This document shows positions 27,151 through 32,000 of a stretch of 32,000 nt of DNA, in pieces. The DNA is taken from NCBI GenBank assembly GCA_019056805.1, contig DXJG01000005.1, positions 1 through 32,000 of the forward strand. The letters run 5' to 3'. The translations under genes were made by a program, and so were the position numbers. The notes beneath the pieces were generated by a model. It ran no database searches, was not told the origin of the DNA, and worked only from the letters and a program-made list of their open reading frames with translations. This DNA is from Candidatus Baldrarchaeota archaeon. GTDB taxonomy: Archaea > Asgardarchaeota > Baldrarchaeia > Baldrarchaeales > DXJG01. Position 1 is the stretch's first letter; every line of letters starts with the position of its first letter.

Positions 27151-27816
27151 TTATACGTCTAATGCTCTTTCTATTCTTAAAAGTTCGGGACCTGTTGTTG
27201 GAAGCCCGGTAGCAGCACCATAGGAGTTTGCTATCATTCCAGCACCTACGAATGGTCCGCCATGATTTACAGTTCCAATGTCCACAGGAACTTTAAGTAC
27301 GGAACTGAGCCATTCTAGTTCTTCATCTGAAGCCATAGGATGAACAATAGCGCCTTTATTTGTAGCAACGCTCATAGAACCTACAAGTGGCAACCTATAA
27401 ATTTTACCGCATACCACTTCAACATCCAAAACATCTTCAATAACTTTAATAGCTTTTCGTTCAATCCCTGGATGCGCAACAACCCCTTTATCATTAGCTA
27501 AAATAATATTGCCCAGGGCTGTCATTTTACTTGGTACTCTTTCGACGACGACCCCAAGTTCTTTCTTTAAAAAATTAATTTCACTATCTAAGGTAAAATA
27601 AGGAACTAAAATTCCATTAGAATTTCCAACAGCGAAAACACCAATAATAGGGCTATCTGCAATTTTAGCTTTTAAAATAGGGACTTTAAATACATCTTCT
27701 AATTTTTCTAGGGTTTTTTGATGAAGATCGAAACGAACTAAAACATATTTATCGGTTGCAATAGCATAAACACCAAGATTTGGATTGCCGTTAAAATTTA
27801 TTCGGACGATAACCAA
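27151..27816 (-). CDS. eif6: Translation initiation factor 6 (aIF6)
   Basis: GNPNLGVY, GNIILANDKG, IGTVNHGGPFVGAG. Confidence 0.95.
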   Translation of the reverse strand: MVIVRINFNGNPNLGVYAIATDKYVLVRFDLHQKTLEKLEDVFKVPILKAKIADSPIIGVFAVGNSNGILVPYFTLDSEINFLKKELGVVVERVPSKMTALGNIILANDKGVVAHPGIERKAIKVIEDVLDVEVVCGKIYRLPLVGSMSVATNKGAIVHPMASDEELEWLSSVLKVPVDIGTVNHGGPFVGAGMIANSYGAATGLPTTGPELLRIERALDV

Positions 27817-27820
27817 GAAA

Positions 27821-28126
27821 TCACCTCTCCGCCAAGAAAACCTTAACAGTCCCCTCCCTATCTTTAACTACTCTCACTCTTATTTTGCGGGGAGGTGATT
27901 GAATACCTCTCTCCCAAATTTTCTCGTTAACTTCAGAATCAATAATAATTTTCTCGGGTTTCATGTGTCTTTCAATAAATTGTCTGAGAATTCGAATAGC
28001 TTTAGCTGCTCTTTTTTGCCTAGGTGTGTAGATGAATTTTTTAGCTAAGGGAATAACATATATTCGTTCTTCAACTATTTCTTCTGGAACTTCTTCTTTA
28101 CTTACTTCTTCCTCTTCTAATGCCAT
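27821..28126 (-). CDS. rpl31e: 50S ribosomal protein L31e
   Basis: ERIYVIPL, RAAKAI, NEKIWERGIQSPPRKIRV. Confidence 0.95.
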   Translation of the reverse strand: MALEEEEVSKEEVPEEIVEERIYVIPLAKKFIYTPRQKRAAKAIRILRQFIERHMKPEKIIIDSEVNEKIWERGIQSPPRKIRVRVVKDREGTVKVFLAER

Positions 28127-28139
28127 GAAGTATCCTCCT

Positions 28140-28295
28140 CTATGGTTTTATTTTTCTATTTCTCCAAGATCTTCTCTTAGGATGAGTACGAACTTTACCT
28201 TTAGTGCGAACAATAATCCATGTGGGAACACTTCTATTTTCTTTAAGAGCAGATGCAAGTCTAAGTTTTTTGCCTAAAGGTTTATTTCTAGCCAA
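28140..28295 (-). CDS. rpl39e: 50S ribosomal protein L39e (51 aa)
   Basis: Below the ORF-track cutoff. TTG-start translation [51 protein letters not shown]. Confidence 0.96.
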   Translation of the reverse strand: MARNKPLGKKLRLASALKENRSVPTWIIVRTKGKVRTHPKRRSWRNRKIKP

Positions 28296-28306
28296 AGGTT
28301 TCACCC

Positions 28307-28654
28307 TCATCTAAATTTTATTTTCGTTTCTCTTCGTCCCCCTTGAACTCTTTTAAGGATTGTTTTAAATTGTTCATCTGTAAGAGGGATAGGAAGTCTT
28401 CCTGCTTGAGCTAATCTTATTAATTCTAATTCTAATCTTTCTGCAAATTCAGGTCTAACCATCTTTATACGAGCAAGCCTTTCTCTAGCCTCTGGGGACA
28501 GTATTCTTCTAAGTATAGCTTGTTTTTGTACTTCAAGCTGCCTTTTCATCTCTTCCCTTCTCTGCGCCTCCGCTATCTGTCTCTGCAATTCCAATAGTTT
28601 CCTTCTTTGTATCTCCTCTAGTTCTTCGTCCTCAGACAACAATACCATCTCCAA
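28307..28654 (-). CDS. PDCD5/TFAR19-like DNA-binding protein
   Basis: [40 protein letters not shown]. Exact start uncertain. Confidence 0.92.
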   Translation of the reverse strand: MEMVLLSEDEELEEIQRRKLLELQRQIAEAQRREEMKRQLEVQKQAILRRILSPEARERLARIKMVRPEFAERLELELIRLAQAGRLPIPLTDEQFKTILKRVQGGRRETKIKFR

Positions 28655-28659
28655 GATAA

Positions 28660-29112
28660 TTAATACTTCTTAAGTTCTGGTATTTCTTTTTGAAGTTTAA
28701 GCTTTACTTCATATGCCATCCTATCAAGGAAAGACCTACCAAGTGGAGTAAGTCTCCTGCCAGTTTTATCGACTTTTTCAACTAGTTTAGCTTCTTCCAA
28801 TTGTTGAAGAATCTTTCTAATAATTGTTCCACTGCCTTTTCTAAAATGTTCTGGTCTTACGCCTCTCTTTTTCCTGCCACCATACGCAGTTCTCAGTCTT
28901 GAAACACCAACTGGACCATGAACATAAAGCTTTCTTAAAACAGATGCACATCTAATATACCACCAATCGGGATCAGTAGGTGGATTTTCCTTGTGCACTC
29001 CGGTTTTAACGTATGATGCCCATTCTGGAGGCTTAATTTTGTCACTTTTCTTTAATTCTTCTGCTACTCTCTTAATTAACATATCTGCAGGAACATCGAA
29101 TACCGTTGCCAT
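28660..29112 (-). CDS. rps19e: 30S ribosomal protein S19e
   Basis: [37 protein letters not shown] start at 29112. Confidence 0.96.
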   Translation of the reverse strand: MATVFDVPADMLIKRVAEELKKSDKIKPPEWASYVKTGVHKENPPTDPDWWYIRCASVLRKLYVHGPVGVSRLRTAYGGRKKRGVRPEHFRKGSGTIIRKILQQLEEAKLVEKVDKTGRRLTPLGRSFLDRMAYEVKLKLQKEIPELKKY

Positions 29113-29173
29113 GCTTAATACTCTCCTAAACATTCGTACCAGAAGACGATAGTAACGCAGACATCAAATATAA

Positions 29174-29461
29174 TTATTCCTTAAAAACCTTTCTTCCAAC
29201 TAAAGGGGAAACAAGTATGAAATTTCTGCCTCTAACCTCAACAAGCTTCGCATTAACGAGCTCAGCAACTTTTCTAGCCAATTCAAATCTATCTCCATAA
29301 GATAAAGCGGAACGTAAAATCTTAACTTTAATTACACTCGTTATCTCAAGATTCTTCTTAATTTCCTTTATCAAACCCTCAGTAATACCAGCCTTTCCAA
29401 TTCTAATAGTCGCTGGTCCATGTCGAACCTTACTAATCAATGAATCAATCCTTTTCTGCAT
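29174..29461 (-). CDS. YhbY/CRM RNA-binding protein
   Basis: TIRIGKAGITEGLIKEIK, IKVKIL, VEVRGRNFIL; usual position between rnp4 and rps19e. Confidence 0.88.
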   Translation of the reverse strand: MQKRIDSLISKVRHGPATIRIGKAGITEGLIKEIKKNLEITSVIKVKILRSALSYGDRFELARKVAELVNAKLVEVRGRNFILVSPLVGRKVFKE

Positions 29462-29795
29462 TTCTACCACCCACCTTATACGGATAACGCATCTGCCTTC
29501 CACACTTCAAACATGTAACCACGACGTGAGGAAACCTATTTGTACGAAGCCTAACCCTACAATTAACACCTGGAACAAGGAAAGATTTACAATATTTACA
29601 AATTCTACGCTTCAACCACCAAGGAATTCTAACCCTACATTTCATACCAATTTTACGAGCTAGATCAACGTATCGTTGAGCTAAATCAGGATACTGCTTG
29701 TAGATTTTATCTGCCATTTCCAGTAGAAGCTCAATCCGTTGTCGAGCAATATCTTTAACAAGTAATTGATCCAACTTTCTCCTCAATAAACACAC
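29445..29795 (-). CDS. rnp4: RNase P protein component 4 (Rpp21)
   Basis: IARQRIELL, AQRYVDLA, CKYC and CLKC zinc ribbon, MRYPY. Confidence 0.93.
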   Translation of the reverse strand: MCLLRRKLDQLLVKDIARQRIELLLEMADKIYKQYPDLAQRYVDLARKIGMKCRVRIPWWLKRRICKYCKSFLVPGVNCRVRLRTNRFPHVVVTCLKCGRQMRYPYKVGGRNAEKD

Positions 29796-29907
29796 CTATA
29801 GGTAAAGTCTTGAAATATTAATATAACCATGTTGATACAAATTAGTCGCTAATCTCCATAATTATATTGAATTAGATACTTAATAACAAGGTTGTGGTGA
29901 AGACTAT

Positions 29908-30774
29908 ATGAAAAATTACGATGAGATTTTAAAATCATTCTATGAGGTGTTTGGATTTCCTGAAGACCCTCGATCAAAATTAGGGTCTCAAAGATATGAA
30001 AAAGCTATTAAAAAATTTCAAGTCATCGTGGAACATGAATGGTTTAAAAACCTTATTCAAAAGAAGGAAAAAATCAGAATTTTAGAGATATGTAGTGGAA
30101 TGGGCATTGGAGGAGTTGCCTTAGCCAAAGTTATAAGTGGAAAGAATATCAATGTAAATTTAATTCTTACGGATCTCCGAGACAACGCTCTTAAAGTAGC
30201 TAAAGAATGGGGATACAAAGAACTTGGAAAAGAAATACAAATAATCAAAGTTGATGCTAAAGAAATTCATACACTTAAAACAAAAGTTGATGTCATTTTA
30301 ATGTACGGTCTCTCTGCTCCACATTTCAGTCCATGGGACATGGTCCGTCTCTTAGCATCTGCAAGCGAAATCCTTGTAGATGATGGCCTCATGATTATGG
30401 AAGAAGGAGATAGAATCTATAGAATATTCTACCAGCGAGGCTACAAAGAAGTACTTCCTGAAAGAGTAGACGAGGAAAAAATGGTAATTTCGGCACATGT
30501 AGGCTATGATATGATAAAAGGAGTCTTTAACCGAGCAGTAATGGATTTGGTAAGTAGATCAAAACCAGTAATTCTAGAAGCTTATTTCTGGGGACTAGCA
30601 GAGCTGATGACATTTACATGGTTATTCTTCGAAGATATAGATTTTATAAAAGACCCAGAAGGAAATACTACACAAGGATTTATAATAGCGATAAAACCAC
30701 GACGAAAAATACCACCTAGCGCCCTTGTAAAAAATCCAAAAATCCTAAGAGATGTCAGAGAAAAAGAACACTAA
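29908..30774 (+). CDS. Class I SAM-dependent methyltransferase
   Basis: Motif I ILEICSGMGIGG, LTDLR, VDAKE, ILVDDGLMIMEE. Confidence 0.85.
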   Translation: MKNYDEILKSFYEVFGFPEDPRSKLGSQRYEKAIKKFQVIVEHEWFKNLIQKKEKIRILEICSGMGIGGVALAKVISGKNINVNLILTDLRDNALKVAKEWGYKELGKEIQIIKVDAKEIHTLKTKVDVILMYGLSAPHFSPWDMVRLLASASEILVDDGLMIMEEGDRIYRIFYQRGYKEVLPERVDEEKMVISAHVGYDMIKGVFNRAVMDLVSRSKPVILEAYFWGLAELMTFTWLFFEDIDFIKDPEGNTTQGFIIAIKPRRKIPPSALVKNPKILRDVREKEH

Positions 30775-30930
30775 AAATATATAGAACTCTAGTATTTCCC
30801 TTTTGTACTCCCAATAATATTCTTCTTCAAAAACTTTAATAATTAAAGTAGTTAAAAGTTGCTACAAATGGAAAAAGTAACCATATAAAATTTCTAAGAG
30901 TATTTTTACCCCTAAGGTATTCAGACCTTC

Positions 30931-31434
30931 TTATGATAATGATTCCGACTGATATCTTAAAATTACCTCACATACTTTATCACCCATACTTCTCCTTTTG
31001 GTGCAGTAATATTTGACGTTTTTATTTATTCCGTCTATCAATCCTATATCATATTTTTCAATTGAAGCACACATTTCCGGTGTCCAACCTTTCTTATCTT
31101 TCCACAAACATTTTGTCGCATGAATTATTATTTCATCGTTGTCTTCTTTTACTATGCGACTTTTTATCCCGAAAATACAATTCATAGCCATTAATGCAAC
31201 CGCGCATCCATGCAAATTTCTCTCTATTTTCAATACCTTAACAATTTCGTCTGCATGATTTACACCCCAATCGTACATTAGTTTCCCCAATTTTTTCTTA
31301 TCTTCCTTGTTTAGCATATTAAAAACATCTTTGAAAAGCCTGCCAACTCCGCTTGCACTTTTCTTCCATCTGATTCTTGCAGGTATCATATCATGCTTTA
31401 CCATGAATTCTATTAGTTTGCTTCTGAGTTTCAT
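30931..31434 (-). CDS. V4R / ATC-hydrolase-like small protein with conserved Cys
   Basis: HATKCLW, PEMCASIEKYDIGLIDGIN, RSMGDKVCEV (C...C...GD..C pattern). Probable ATG start at 31434 (ORF track 31518). Confidence 0.65.
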   Translation of the reverse strand: MKLRSKLIEFMVKHDMIPARIRWKKSASGVGRLFKDVFNMLNKEDKKKLGKLMYDWGVNHADEIVKVLKIERNLHGCAVALMAMNCIFGIKSRIVKEDNDEIIIHATKCLWKDKKGWTPEMCASIEKYDIGLIDGINKNVKYYCTKRRSMGDKVCEVILRYQSESLS

Positions 31435-31881
31435 CCCTTCATCTCCCATTTCTAAATTAATTTCGTAACTAATCGATAAATATCCTTTTATCCCGAAAAT
31501 ATCCATTTCTTCTAACAACTATTTTACGAAGTTTTGTTCGTTTTAATTTTTTATCTGGAGTTAAAAAGAAATGTTGTAAGTCAAATTAAAATACAAAATA
31601 TTATGACTAGAGAGTTAAAGAACTTTCGCAAAGAAAATATCAAATTAATAGGCAGCCTCACCGAAAAATATTCTTAACTTCAATTAAAAATAGATAAATA
31701 GATGAGAAAATCTGATTAGAGAAGCGATATATTACCAAACAAGGTTAACGTATTTTGTTTCAACTCAGATAGAAACTCAAACTCAATATTTTTTATTTTT
31801 CTTCTGCCAACAATAAGTTAACAGAATTATTTCAGTAAACTATTTAACCTTGTATTTCTGAAAACTACAAGGTGTAAAAAC

Positions 31882-32000
31882 ATGCTTATTTTCATATTGG
31901 CAGAATCATCGCTGGAAACGATACCACCAGAGTTAAGGCAATATAAGGCAATTAAACAACAAGCAATAAAGAGAAGAAAGCGGCCAGGAGAACTATTACT
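31882..32000 (+). CDS. nep1: Nep1/Emg1 SSU rRNA pseudouridine methyltransferase, N-terminal part; runs off the window
   Basis: MLIFILAESSLETIPPELRQYKAIKQQAIKRRKRPGELLL matches the archaeal Nep1 start (lILAEsaLE.vP...r.k.p..llLD). Confidence 0.82.
   Translation, partial: MLIFILAESSLETIPPELRQYKAIKQQAIKRRKRPGELL

Noticed and set aside
1-32000. CRISPR array, rRNA genes, IS elements
   Set aside because: No regularly spaced repeats, no long GC-rich rRNA-like tract, and no transposase motifs or terminal inverted repeats seen.

Overview
AT-rich archaeal chromosome segment. Evidence: archaeal ribosomal/translation genes, GGAGGTGA-type Shine-Dalgarno sites, and GC-rich tRNA stems that suggest a thermophile. 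The lineage cannot be assigned from the window alone. FtsZ, roadblock proteins and multi-intron tRNAs fit an Asgard-, Bathyarchaeia- or Korarchaeia-like organism (inference). The window has four parts. (1) 1-12449: a divergently arranged anaerobic catabolic block. Leftward are a glycyl radical enzyme, its activase (cut by the window edge), a TrpB2-like PLP enzyme and a DUF6917-like protein. Rightward are a V4R-like protein, a GidA/TrmFO-like flavoprotein with a Cys cluster, an Nramp-like transporter, a DUF6282-like amidohydrolase and EtfBA. A convergent acyl-CoA dehydrogenase closes the block. The GRE and the TrpB2-like enzyme both lack their canonical catalytic Glu. (2) 12851-16231: tRNA-Leu(GAG) and tRNA-Thr(CGT) bracket a four-gene module (inactive KaiC-like ATPase, two roadblock-like proteins, a 7TM protein split by a -1 frameshift at a C6 run) and a 70-nt GC-rich structured island encoding a 16-aa micro-ORF that ends in RPPP. 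(3) 16320-19860: thiL, a COG1031-like radical SAM enzyme, tRNA-Arg(TCT) and a DUF434-like gene. All three tRNA genes in the window carry two introns, one in the D-loop and one in the anticodon loop. (4) 19965-32000: the conserved minus-strand superoperon rnp4-yhbY-rps19e-PDCD5-rpl39e-rpl31e-eIF6-rpl18a-pfdA-ftsY-argF-ftsZ-secE-spt5-rpl11-rpl1-rpl10-rpl12, then a methyltransferase, a V4R/ATC-hydrolase-like gene and the start of nep1. All family names come from motif recognition only; no database search was run.
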